This document shows positions 12,951-25,566 of a stretch of DNA of 64,000 nucleotides, piece after piece (position 1 is the stretch's first letter; each line of letters begins with the position of its first letter). Under the pieces are notes generated by a model. It saw only the letters and a list, made by a program, of their open reading frames with translations, searched no databases and was not told the origin of the DNA. The stretch covers positions 75,950,001 to 76,014,000 of the forward strand of contig CM060731.1 of the NCBI GenBank assembly GCA_030704615.1, written 5' to 3'. Source of the DNA: Takakia lepidozioides. Taxonomy: Eukaryota; Plantae; Bryophyta. The translations under genes were made by a program, and so were the position numbers.

Positions 12951-14090
12951 GCTAGGAACGTCCGAGTCCTTGATATAAACCACAACCTGAAAAAGAAATT
13001 TTGTGCGAATAAGATTGCCGCAATCTTCACACTCCTCCACACGGAGAATGACGAAGGAACCGAGGTTGGTGATTACACAGGGGGAGGGCAGGAGACCCAT
13101 AGGCACAATGGCGAAGGAAATGACGATGACGATGAAGATGACGAACAAAGAGATCTGGAGACACAGGAAAACCTGGAAGAAGGTGATGGAAACGAAAAGT
13201 TGGACAAAAAGAAGAATTTGAGGGAGGGGAGGAAGACAAAGACGACTACCAACACGATGATGCCGTCAACAATTAGAACTTGCAAGAGGAGACAGAACAA
13301 ATTGAGCATGTGAGAAATCCACCAGCTGAACAAGCAGAGAGGGTATTACCCGAAGAAGGCCACCATCCACATGCCTTGCCAGATACCGGTGAAGAAGACA
13401 ATCCTGAGACAACTATACTGTCTTCCTCCACTGAAAAAGTGGGGGGAGACAATGTACAGGATAACGCTGATTCTAGAGACGTCTTCGCTAAGGAGATTTC
13501 AGAAATAGACTCAAGGGTGGGATTCAGGCCTGTGGAGGGGGATATGCCATTACGGATGTCACCATATAAAGGTTTAAGCCAACGGGTTAGAGACATCATT
13601 GATGGTCAGACATCTAGGGCATTGGTCGGCGATAAAAAATATTGTTGACGTGAGTATTGCAGATTATGAGTTGTCATGACACTTGTAAAACAAAATTTTG
13701 AAAGTTGATATAACATCAAAATCTTTTAAAAATGGAACTAATAACCTATTGCTTTGTGATAGTCTCATGAATGAATCGAAACTTATATATACGGAAGTCT
13801 AATCACCAGCATTTTCTGTAGATCCGTGAGTCAAATATAGAGGAAGTGACACATACCAGAACAAACGACACACAACAGTGTACAATGAAGAAACAATACG
13901 ACTTGAGAGTGATGATATCGTTGCCCAAGGTGGCAGCTTCAGAAACCGCGGGCGATCATGCAAGGTTACTTATGGAAGGGGTCGAGAAAAACATGTCGGA
14001 CGACGAAAGACTTGTTGCCGGGGGAGATGGCGGCGAAACCTCATCCGGCTTGGAGCAAGTGCCGCCAAAGCTGGTACTTCATTCTCCGCC
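12951..14090 (+). pseudogene. Acidic low-complexity cargo exons (D/E-rich)
   Basis: ORFs 12891-13313, 13280-13648 and 13846-14139 are D/E-rich and follow a ttttgcag acceptor at 12950. Confidence 0.35.
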
Positions 14091-14166
14091 TTATGCTTTC
14101 CTTCTTGCTTTCCATTACGAAAAACTTCCAATGAATTAATAATTATTTCCTAATGGGCAGGATGAT

Positions 14167-14988
14167 ATGATCTATCCACCACACGACTATTCCCAAGCTG
14201 TCAATCCCGGGGATTTCTTTGCTCTTCCAATGGGTCCAAATGGATGTCAGCCCGGATATTATGTCTTGATTCTGGATGTCAGGTTCTTATGTAAGGTCTA
14301 CCTCCAGAATGGGCCAAAAACCCCTCCCGCAACGCAGCCTTATATCTCCGTTGGAAGATTTAAGTTAGCAATGTGACATGAGGTGATAGACTTCCTCAAA
14401 TGGGTCATGAAGAAGTTTTGGGTGATAATATGGAACACTGGCAAAGAAGAGACTATCGTGGATTTCAAATCAGCCTTCTTCGAGAGGAATGCCCACAAAG
14501 TCATGCATTACAGTTTCGACCAATGTGTGCAACATAGACTTACATTCAACGCGTATTGGCCTACGCTTCCTAAGGCCCCAATTTACTTCAAACAACTTTA
14601 CGACTTGTTCGTAGACTCGGACTCTAAAGCCTACAGGTCTAACACCCTGCTTATAGACGTCGTTGGAAACATGTACAAGTCTTTCCTCAATCCTCTGAGC
14701 CTGGTCATCTTCCTACCTAAATACGAAGCACTTGTAGATCCATACAAAGATGATTTTTTGATTGATCATCTGAAGCCCCACCTGGAGAAGTTGAGGCATT
14801 CAGAAATAGACACTTGGGCCTTCAATGAGCATAACCCGTTTGGTAAAACTAAGGATATCTACTTTCAGGATGCTAGAGTGAAATTTATTAATCGCTGGGA
14901 TTTTCCATGGCCTAAGAACAAGGAGGAATGGGATGCACATCTAAAGTACCTAGAGGCCCTTGAATTGGAACATGAAATATTAAAGTGA
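14167..14988 (+). pseudogene. FCP1/NIF-like HAD-fold domain, copy 1
   Basis: ORFs 14167-14376 and 14383-14988 share one frame split by a single TGA. Motifs VLILDV, (R)HEVIDFLKWVMKKFWVIIWNTG and SNTLLID...YKSFLNP are characteristic of FCP1-homology domains. Confidence 0.65.
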
Positions 14989-15110
14989 CTAATTTTGAGA
15001 ATGAACTGGGAGTTGGAGGTCATTGAGTTCCTTATCTGTTCATGGGATTTTCCTCTTCTCCACTCTATTCTGCTTTGATTTACTTAAATGTCTTTATCAC
15101 TCTTTCACAG

Positions 15111-15926
15111 ATCCGACAGCCTGGATCTCCACCTGCGAGGGGACCCCGCTTGATAATTTTTGACGTTAATGGAGTGCTGTGCAGAATAATGAAGTGTCAG
15201 AGCACAGGCCCTGCTGCACGTTTTTCGGAATCTGATTACAAAATTCTTGCTATTGTTGGGTATCGGCAAATCTTTAGAAGGGAGATATACCAGAAAGTTT
15301 GGCAAGAGTTACAAAAGCATTTCATTTTAGGTATCTGGAGCTGCATGATGCTTAAAAATTTAAATGCCGTTCTAGATTTGTTCCTACGCGGTCTTCCACG
15401 GCCAGCGTTCATCATGTCGCATGAAGATTGTATCATTTTCCCAAGCAGTCTGCACCCAAATTACCGACCGGGATAATAACAACCTCATGTGTTCTTGAAA
15501 CCACTCGTTAAAGTATGGCAGAGTTCTGAAGGTTATTACAATCAGAGTAACACTATGCTGATTGATGATACGGCTTTGAAGTGCTTGCTGAACCCTCCTG
15601 AATCTTGTCTTCTTCTCAAGTCTTTTGAGAGCATCGATGTCGACGATTTCTTCCTTCGCAAACTTAGAGATTTTTTGCTTGACTTCTTGAAATTTGAGAA
15701 CGTTTCGATGTCTCGGCCGTCCCGGCCAAGTTATCCAAAGTTGACCGACGTTGGTGGAGCAAGGCCGATTGGTGCGATGGATGGTTGCTTTTATGTGCAT
15801 AGGGTTCAAGAGGAATCGGGCAGTAGGTCTGCCTCGCTGTCCAAGGCGCCCGGACCAATTGAGCCGGTCAAAGGGTGGGTCCCGCAAGCAAAGAGTGCGG
15901 CTGGCAAGCAATGTGCATACATGTGA
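15111..15926 (+). pseudogene. FCP1/NIF-like HAD-fold domain, copy 2
   Basis: RLIIFDVNGVLC...HFILGIWSCMMLKNL...FLKPLVKVW...SNTMLIDDTALKCLLNP. The two ORFs share one frame split by TAA-TAA at 15474-15479. A ctttcacag acceptor ends at 15110. Confidence 0.78.
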
Positions 15927-16794
15927 CCTTCACAGCAGGTAAAAGAGACATGGTAACCTAGTACAACAGGTCAAAAACGATTACCGATATCGGCCATGAA
16001 CTTTGGCGCCAAATTCCCATGTATTGCGCTCACCGATGTTTGGGCGTCAGCTAAATTTAACGCATGGAAGAAGGGTGTCACTTTTGTCATCTAGTGCCTA
16101 CTTGGCCGATGGCCGATACATGGAAGTTGGCCCTTAGTGGGCCCCGTATCCTACTCCAAAGTACGGCCCCGAGGGTGCGCACTACGGATACCAGGGCCGG
16201 GGGCTCCTTTGCCGTTGCTGTGGCATTTAGGGACCCCCCGGAGGAGATGCTCTAAGATATCTTAGAGGGGACAGCCGGGCTCATTTCTTTCTTTTCTTTA
16301 TCTTTCTATTTCTTTACTTCTTGTCCTTTACCTCCTACGATTGGGAAAGAAGCTGGAAAGAAAAAGGTTGGAAAATCTTTACACAAGGGAAGTCACCCTC
16401 GGTACTTCCGCCTTTCTCGGTCTGCTCACCTCAAAAGGCGGAAGTACTGAGGGACATGGACAGTGACTTCCCGTAACTTATACTACGATTTTGTAAAAAC
16501 CAAATTTGTAGGTTATGATCTTGCTCCCCTGGCCGGCTATGGGGAGCAAGTTCATGGGAGCAAGTTGTACCATTATGGAGCGGACCTGCTCCCTCCTTGC
16601 TCCTCTGTCCCACTACGGGGAGACCAAGGAGGGGAGCAGTATTGGGAACATGATCTTGAAGGTGGGGAACGTGAGGAGGGAGCCCGAGGTGTGGATCGCT
16701 CCCCACCTTCCAAATGCGGGAGAAGATTTGATCCTTAAACTCGTTGGCACTAGCCTCCATGGATGACTAAGAAAAGAAAAGTGACAACAAAGTC

Positions 16795-18135
16795 GGTTGC
16801 ATTCTGGTTTCCTGCTGCTGTTTGGTCCCCTGGTCCGGAGCTCACCAAACGTTTAAAGGCTTTGATGCACAACTTTCTTTGGGGTGCCACCCTAGCCAGC
16901 CCACAACGGAGAGCTTTGGTTTCTTGGAAGCAACTCTGCTAGCCTAAAAGTAAAGGTGGTCTTGGTATCATAGATCCAGCCTCGCAGATTTCAGCCTTGC
17001 TCGCAAAGTGGATTCCAAGGGCTCTTGCTCATCTCCATAGCCCGTGGAGTAGATTGGTGCGCCCGCACATGGTAAACGCTGTTCCCCGAAACTCGCAGGG
17101 GTGGCAGCCCTCTTTGAGGTGGATTGTGCATAGAAAAGGTAATGCTAATCCAACTGGGTCTAGACCCTGGACTTCCATCTGAAACACATGGAACAAGCTG
17201 AAGACCCAACCTCTCGCAAAGAATGCCTGGGATCTTCGAGGAGGCTATTCGCCAGCCTATCTTTGGAAATTATAACATTGACTCAGCTCAGACTCAGCTC
17301 AGCTGCGGCCCGTCATTCCAAAATGGGCGAGCTGGGAGAAAGAAGGCTTCGTGCATCTAGGCAATATATGGGAGCATGAAGTTTCATTCCAAACCCTCAA
17401 GTTATTTCTGCTATGGGCAGTCACCCATCCAGAACCTCTTGGCCCCAGTAAGCCTTCACGGCCCCAGGGTGGTTATTTTTTCCACTTCATTGTACCTTCA
17501 TCCATCCTTTAATGAATTTCCAGGGCCTTTGTCCCTCTTCTTCAAAAAACATAAAGAAAAAGAAAAAAAAGAAAGAAATAGAAAGATAAAGAGAAGAAAA
17601 GAAATGGACCACCGAGCCTCACAGGGAACATCCCTATGAGATATGTCTTACGCGGATATCCTGCATATTATATGGAAGGCCCTGGGGGAAATTCTACCGT
17701 ATAACATCCTCAATCTTTAAACCATGTTTTATGGGGAAAATCCCTGTAAGGTTCCGCGTCGCCAGGAAACTCTACTGTATAAGCTAAAGATATGGAAAGG
17801 CACAAGTCAAAAACCTGGAAATTCTGTACTAAGATATTAATTGGAGTCACCGCAAGATCGGAACACAAAAATCAAGGGGCATTTTGAATTTGGAAGCTCT
17901 TCGCAACAACAAACGGCTCTAATATGTGGGTTGCTCTGATTATGGGATGCTCTAGCCAGGTCATTCTGGGCGCTTGCTTTTCCTCTGTTTTGCATCTTAG
18001 GCTGTTGGTATTCCTATGACCCTTTGGGCTGGTGTCTCGTCCCTGTACCATCCGCCTCTGTGTTATTTTTTTCCCATTTAATTGATCATAATGGCCTACA
18101 TGCCTAAATAAAATGCCTAAATAAAATGAAAAAAA
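16795..18135 (+). mobile_element. Degenerate L1/Tx1-type LINE 3' fragment
   Basis: KALMHNFLWG...LVSWKQLC*PKSKGGLGIIDP...LLAKWI is the typical post-RT region of plant L1 ORF2. An A-rich tail lies at ~18105-18135, so the right boundary is approximate. Confidence 0.7.
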
Positions 18136-20134
18136 TTATCCTTATTTTTTATTTACCCATATCCTTATAAATATTATTGAACCTTAACCTTTACCCAGAG
18201 GATAAATAAATCATCAAATGTTTTATTGGCCCTGCCCAGGACTATGCATTCACTTGCATAGAACCTTATATCTTAAGTGGGTCCCAACTCGGAACACCTT
18301 CTTTATGTGTTCCATTGATGGATGAATGGAGATATTTATGAGTTTATTACTATCGATTATTATTAGTATGGATTTGGTTGCATGATATGACCATAAAGTA
18401 CCTCAAATCTTTGAGTGGTCCAGTTAGGCACAAGCTCCAAATTAAATAAATTTTATCAAATACATATTAAATTCTAAAACATTCTAATACATAATACAGA
18501 TAAATATAGAGATAAATACAGAATCAGATGAAAAGGTAAACCAAATAGAAATCTTTTTAAGTTTTTGGTTCCTCTTTTTCTTTTATTTTTTTATTTTTAG
18601 TAGAAACTGGTAAAGAGGAGAACACCCCCGTGTCAAGAATAAGCCCCTCTTGCGCCTTCCCTAGGTATCACTTCTTATCCTTTGCCCAAAACTTACTTGC
18701 ATGATGTGCCTTCTTCAGGTAGCACTTCCCTCAAGTAACATCCGCAGTAACATCCCTCTCACTAAGCAACTCATGAGAAATGAATGGATGAATTTTTAAG
18801 TTTACTATGGATGAAATAGATTCTACTATTCACAAAGAGGAGCCATAGGCCACTAGCTTATTAATTTATCTCTTGTTACTTATTACCTACATTAGTGGCA
18901 GGGGCTGTGTCACACCTTGTTTACCTTTGTCCGTGGGATAAATAAGTAAATACATAAATTAAAAAAAGTGGAACTACAGAAAAATCTGGCGAAATTTCGC
19001 ACTTTTTCGACCTGAAAAAATAAAATAGAATATTCTGTCGTAAATTCCCTGTTTTCTCATGGATGAAATCGCCAAACTTCTCCAATAAAATGTTTACTTC
19101 GGCCAATTCTGTTTCCGTGGTTGTATTCATGGTCTTCATCGTTGGTCTGATTTGCTTATCTGGAGTTGGCTCTCCATAAGGTATATGGGTTCCCTCTTGC
19201 ATTTGAGCTATGGTTTTACTTACTTCCTGGTGTAAGCTCTTTTTCTCCTGCCATGCTGCACTTTCTGGATATTGTTTCCGTTCTTCTTCAATCTCCTATT
19301 CGCCAGATATGGATGATATACATGTATGCAAATACAGAGGAGGATGATTCTATCCAAATTTCAGTGGATGAACAGAAAATATGGCTATTTCTTGCAATAC
19401 TCAGTAGCCACGTAGCCACTCCTACTATTTTCCAAATTAAAAAAAAACAAAAACAAAAACCATGGATTTACCCTTCTCCGGAGGAGAAATAATCTTGTCA
19501 TTTATATTTACACTTAATTACCCTCGGGTAAGCAACAGGGTATTCAGCTGCACAACACGTACAGGACGTACGGGACGTACAGGCTGTCCGTGTGGGAAGA
19601 CCAAGGTTGCCGCGAAAATCCTGCGACAAACCCTGAATTTTCGCACATGCTCGTGTTTGCGCAGAGATTTGAGAGGTAGCAGGGATTTGTCACGCGGGAT
19701 CGAGCTGTTACAATCTGAGACTGCCGACTCTCCATTAATTACTCAGTCTCTGCACTGGATTCTGAGCTCCAGTGATGGAAGCTGCCATTGTGGAGTAGGG
19801 TAGAGGAGTTTCTGGCTCACCCTGGGTTATAGCTTGGGTACATTTGCGGTGTGAGCAGTGGGAGGAGGGGTTGGTAGGATCCTGGTGCTGGTGGTAGGAG
19901 GGGGACCGTGTTTTGTGTCTCCTTTCGCATTGCATATATTATACACGGTCATAGCTGAAATACTGGAGAACCTGAATGCAGGTCCTAGAGGCTACCAGGC
20001 ACAGTTTGGATTTGTGCGGAAGTGACATGGTGTAGGATTTGGTGGCTCTAGAGCAAGCAGATGAAAAAATGATGCCGTGTAACGTTTTTTGAGTCCTTAT
20101 TATTCAGGGGAAGGCAGGCTCAGAGGCGGGGGGG

Positions 20135-23100
20135 ATGGGTGAACAGTCGTCTCCGCGATTTGAACATTCTGCGAGTGGCTTCCGCACGTTGGAAAACCTT
20201 CCGTCAATGAGGAACTTCGAGATTAACAACAAGGATTCAACGTTGGAGTCGCTTGAAGGATGGCGCAAAGCATGCTTGGTTCTGAACGCCTCTCGTCGCT
20301 TTCGCTACACCGCTGACATACAAAAGAGACGGGAAGTGACGGAAGATATCCAGGTACTTCACGACGATTTCCTCTCAATGTTCAGGGGACGGGAACGAGA
20401 ATTGACTCTTTGATTCTTCTGCCGCCAGTGGTGTCATGCATAGCAGTGGACTGCTGGGGCTGGACTTGTCTGTGAAAGGTTATCCACGCATATTTCTGTG
20501 AGACAGAGAGAGACAGAGCCGCCGGGGGGAGGGGGGGGGGGGGGGGTGGGTTGTTGGGTTGGGGGGTTTGGAGGGGTTGTCCAGCAAACTTCTACAATTT
20601 ATTCCGTGCTGTCTGTCACTGCGAGAGAATGTATTATCATGTTATGCAAAAGAGGTCCTGGGTTTTTCCTTGGAACCCTTAGAAGGTTATTCGCTGATTC
20701 ATGTTGGTGACTATAGAAGCGGAAATTCAAGATAGGCGGTCTTGCTGCAAGAGCTGCTTGGCGTTTCGTGGATGGTAAGAACACTCCTTCTCCAGATTTT
20801 ATTAACGGAGTATGCTCTCTCAAGTGGGCTTTGCAAAATCACTATGAACATAGCTGACAAGGTTTGTAGTGGTATGTACTGGCAGCTGAAGCCCTTCTTG
20901 TATGAATTGCCATGGAATCTACTTACCTGTGCCCTAGTTTGGACACTGCTGATAGCCATTTTCATTAAGCTGACTGACAATGTTTGAATAAGGAGTATTG
21001 TTAGCAGTTTTCCAGTGTAGACATGGATGGAGAAATACTATTGCTGTGGAGTTCCAATGGATGTTATTTTGGCAGTGCAGCTCTCAATTTGGGGAAGAGT
21101 GCCAATGGTGGACTTTCAACGAAGGCACTACAGTTTGGGTTTGAGGTTGATGGTTTGCAGCTTGCAAATATGGTGGAAGGGCAAGATCGTAACCTACTTC
21201 GGCGCCATGGTGGTGTTATGGGGCTAACTCACAAGCTCAAGACAAATGTCCAGGAAGGTCTGAGTACCGAGGAAGAGGACGTGCAACAGAGACAGGATGT
21301 GTTTGGAACCAACACTTACACGGAGAAACCCCCAAAAGGGTTTTTTATGTTTGTGTGGGAAGCAATGCATGACCTCACGCTCATCATCCTTGCAGTTTGT
21401 GCAGTGGTGTCACTAGGCATAGGCATAGCCACTGAGGGGTGGGAAGAGGGGTGGTATGATGGGGCAGGAATTGGCTTTAGTATCTTGCTGGTTGTGTTTG
21501 TGACAGCTGCTAGTGATTATCAGCAATCTCTTCAATTTCGTGATCTTGAAAATGAGAAGAAGAAGATATTTATACAGGTCACTCGGAAGTGCCGCAGACA
21601 GAAAGTCTCTATCTTTGACTTATTGGTAGGGGATATTGTACATTTGAACATCGGAGACCAAGTTCCAGCTGACGGGCTTTATATATCTGGTTCCCCTTTG
21701 ACAATTGACGAGTCTAGCATGACAGGAGAAAGTGAACCAGTGCGCAAAGATGGAGGGAAACCCTTCCTTCTCTCTGGAACCAAGGTTCAAGATGGCAATG
21801 CCCTGATGCTTGTGACGGGTGTTGGTATGAACACAGAGTGGGGTCATTTGATGACTACCCTCTCAGAGTCTGGTGATGATGAAACACCTTTGCAAGTGAA
21901 GCTCAATGGAGTAGCCACTCTGATTGGGAAGATAGGTCTTGGTTTTGCGGTGGTCACATTCTTGGTTCTGATGTTGAGGTTTTTGATTTCAAAGGACTCA
22001 CTGACAGAGTGGTCTGGTGATGACGCTTTGGCAATTGTGAACTACTTTGCAATAGCAGTAACAATAATTGTTGTCGCTGTCCCTGAAGGTCTGCCTCTGG
22101 CAGTTACCCTTACTCTCGCTTTTGCAATGAAGAAAATGATGTCTGATAAGGCCTTGGTGCGCCACCTATCAGCCTGTGAGACAATGGGGTCTGCTACCAC
22201 TATCTGCAGTGACAAAACTGGAACGTTGACCACCAACAAGATGACAGTGGTGAAGGCATGGGTAGCTGGATCAGTCTGGAATGCTGATGGAGTGAAGGGG
22301 AAATTGCCACAAGGGTTCTTGCAGGTGCTGTTGGAGGGGATTTTTCAAAATACTGGGGGAGATGTTGCGGACGAAGGTGATGGCAAGCCTCCATCACTTT
22401 TGGGTTCTCCCACAGAGACTGCTGTGCTACAGTTTGGCTTGAATTTGGGCGGCAATTTCAAGGACGTGTGCTGCAAGTGTGACATGGTGAAAATGGATCC
22501 CTTCAACTCTGCGAGAAAGAGGATGGGGGTGGTGGTGAAAGAGCATCACAATGGGCAGTTGCGTGCACACTGGAAGGGAGCTTCAGAGATGATTCTGGAA
22601 TTGTGTGATAAGACTGTTGATCAGAATGGTGAGATAGTTCCTTTGGATGATGACAAACGACGGGAGCTAAAGGGGGTCATACATAATTTTGCTAATGACG
22701 CATTGCGGACACTTGGTTTAGCCTTCAAGGATGTGGAGCGTTCGCCAGGCCAGGATGAACCGATCCCAGATAACGGCTATGTGTTGGCAGCAATTGTAGG
22801 TATAAAGGACCCTGTGCGAGATGGGGTGAAGGGTGCTGTGCAGCTGTGCTTTGATGCAGGCATCAAGGTCCGCATGGTCACTGGTGATAATATTGACACA
22901 GCTAAGGCCATTGCACGTGAATGCGGCATTCTGACTGATGATGGAGATGCAATTGAGGGTCCTGAATTTCGCAATTTGAGCCCTGGGGAAATGAGGAGAA
23001 GAATCCCAAATTTGCAGGTAGACACCACTCTCATTACTCACTTGAATTTGTGGTACTCTGGTTTTGCATCACGGTTTGCCTCTTATAATCCGGGGAAGTG

Positions 23101-25566
23101 GACAAGGAGCAGCCACTCTCTAAGATAGTTCATGTGACATTGATAATGTTCATCGGAGAGGGATCATGACCTGTTAGAAGAATTATGCATGACAACACTC
23201 ATGATGGAAGGAAAACATAAAATGATGGATGCAAAACCAGTAGTCAATTAGCTAAACCTGGCTATTGAGGACCTTTCACCTACCAGTCATTAATGAAGCC
23301 TGCCAAGTGGGTAAATCAGGAGAGTTCATTCTGTTTCACGCACAAGTAAAATCTCTTAAAAAGTGCCACCCACTTCCCTCCCTCAGGTCTTATGTGAACT
23401 GCACCGATTCAAGACCAGATATTGTAGCGTCCTTTTCTGGGATTTGGAATTTGTTGCACAGCAGTGACGTCGTCTATCAGAGCCGTTATTCAATTAATTC
23501 TTGGAGTTAGGAAAATAATGTTTCTTGTTACTCTGTGCAGGTTATGGCCAGGTCATCACCTTCAGACAAGCACACACTGGTGAAGGAACTGCGGGCGATG
23601 GGAGAGGTAGTTGCTGTTACAGGGGATGGCACTAATGACGCCCCTGCACTTCATGAAGCAGACATTGGGCTGGCTATGGGCATCGCTGGAACTGAGGTAG
23701 GGATGAATATGTTCCACTGAAACATAATTAGTATCCTTGTCCAAGAAATTCCACTGCTTAGTGTGGCTGTCTGTATGAGATTTCAGCAGCAATCCTTCTG
23801 GACTAATATCTTACATATCGTGAGAATACTGGCCTGACGCCAGGGTTGGATTGATGGCACCAGGTGGCGAAGGAGAGTGCGGATGTGGTGATATTGGATG
23901 ACAACTTTTCTACAATTGTGACTGTGGCCAAGTGGGGGCGTTCGGTATACACCAACATCCAAAAATTTGTGCAGTTCCAGTTGACTGTTAATCTGGTGGC
24001 TCTGGTCATCAATTTCACTTCTGCTTGCATTACTGGTAAGCTTGTCTTTCTCTAAATCATGCATGACATATAAGTGTCACTTGCTTCTGATGTGTTATCA
24101 ATGTACCCTCCTCCTTCAGTACCTCAGAAATTATTTTTCTCTTAAAAGAGTGTGAACAGTGGTGGAGTTTGACTGCCAGTTAGCATAGCATAAAATTTTA
24201 ATCAAAATGGAAGTTCTAGATTGTCCTTGGACTACGGGAATGATCTTGGGAGGCAGTGGGATATGGAGATTTTCTGACATTACCGTTGTTTCCCCCACAA
24301 GTGTCTCTCTGCTTTTTGTAATACCTTGAGGCTTGGAGGGATGTCCCTGTCAATAGGTTGGATTGGGCATTGGTAGGGAGCACAAGTCACATGTAAGTAC
24401 TCAGCTCTCATTATGCCAGGAGCTAAGTATCTTATGTTGCTTGCAATACAGGGGAGGCACCACTCACTGCTGTCCAGCTGCTTTGGGTGAATCTGATAAT
24501 GGACACACTCGGTGCGCTGGCATTGGCGACCGAGCCTCCCTATGATCATCTGATGAAGAGACCACCTGTGGGGCGCTACGGTAACTTCATTAGCGATGTG
24601 ATGTGGCGAAATATTATTGGTCAAGTCACCTATCAGTTGGCAGTTCTTAGCGTTTTGCAATACTTGGGAAAGCAAATTTTGCATCTAAGTGGTTCAAATG
24701 CAGATGAGGTGTTGAATACTATGATCTTCAATGCCTTCGTGTTCTGCCAGGTGGGCTACTCTAACTGTTCTGCCAGTTTGTGTTGTATTTTATACAAATA
24801 GAGAGGGTAAGGAGGTAGTAGCAGTGGAAGGAAAGCCTTGGGAGGTTTGCTTTGCCTAAAGGGCAAGCCATGGCCTTTCGGGTAAGCATGATGGACTGGG
24901 TGGGTTTCGAGCCTACTATAGTACTGTGGAGGGTAGTTGCTCATAGTATAAGGATAGTGCCTAGCTAAAATTTATGAAGTATCCACATGAGATGACACTC
25001 TTCCAATAGGGAGGTGTTGTGGTGCGTGGCATGGTAATGCTGACAAGCTCTAAAGCTCTTGCCGTTAGTTGCTGAAGCATTTAGCTAAAAAAGAAAAGTC
25101 TTAGACTGTCTAGCAGGATAAAATTGGGATGTGTTTCACTGAGTTTCCTGGCAACAATGTAATGCACAAAGGAGGATAAAGGAGCTGTCTGTATGCACCC
25201 TTCATCCACTTCAACTGGAGTAGGTAGTCCTAACCTTGGCTGATTGTTTCTCATGTACAGGTCTTCAATGAACTGAATGCACGAGAGATGGAGAAAATTA
25301 ATGTCTTCCGTCATACCTTCAACAATTGGGTATTCTTGGTTGTCATTGGTTTCACAGTTGTATTCCAGGTCATACTTGTTGAGTTTCTTGGGAAGTTCGC
25401 CAGCACTGTTCCACTGACCGCGGAGCAGTGGTTGATCACGGTTTCAATCGGAGCTGTGAGCTTAATTGTAGCCGCGATTGTCAAGTTCATACCTGTCTCG
25501 CTCATCAAGGCTGTTCATGCTAATAATGGTTATCAGCCACTTCCTGGTGGTCCAAGCAGCGTTTGA
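20135..25566 (+). CDS. ACA: Autoinhibited P2B-type Ca2+-ATPase (7 exons)
   Basis: Exons ~20135-20352, 20717-20774, 21081-23017, 23541-23696, 23864-24035, 24452-24750 and 25261-25566, all GT-AG and phase-consistent. Motifs: N-terminal [17 protein letters not shown] (CaM/autoinhibitory region), [59 protein letters not shown]. Confidence 0.97.
20524..20547. repeat. Poly-G tract in ACA intron 1
   Basis: ggggggagggggggggggggggggg followed by further G-runs. Confidence 0.9.

Larger units (their letters stand above)
5020..16096 (+). mobile_element. Large decayed DNA-transposon-like region with multi-gene cargo
   Basis: Transposase remnant plus several co-oriented, intron-containing ORFs with transition-type stops, and a shared CG-rich palindrome from 7.3 to 12.9 kb. 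Candidate right terminus ...cttttgtcatcTAGTG at 16096. The left junction at ~5019 interrupts PPR-locus intron sequence. Confidence 0.6.

Noticed and set aside
5517-15479. Stops in the element as sites of U-to-C editing or readthrough
   Set aside because: This is nuclear, intron-containing sequence with frameshifts too; mutational decay is the simpler explanation.
18620-18770. Possible gag zinc-knuckle/protease remnant on the minus strand (VT*GKCYLKKAHHAS..LILDTG)
   Set aside because: Too short and degenerate, with stops; no LTR or RT seen nearby.
21023-23128. 701-aa ORF as the complete Ca2+-ATPase
   Set aside because: It is only exon 3 with intronic read-through at both ends.
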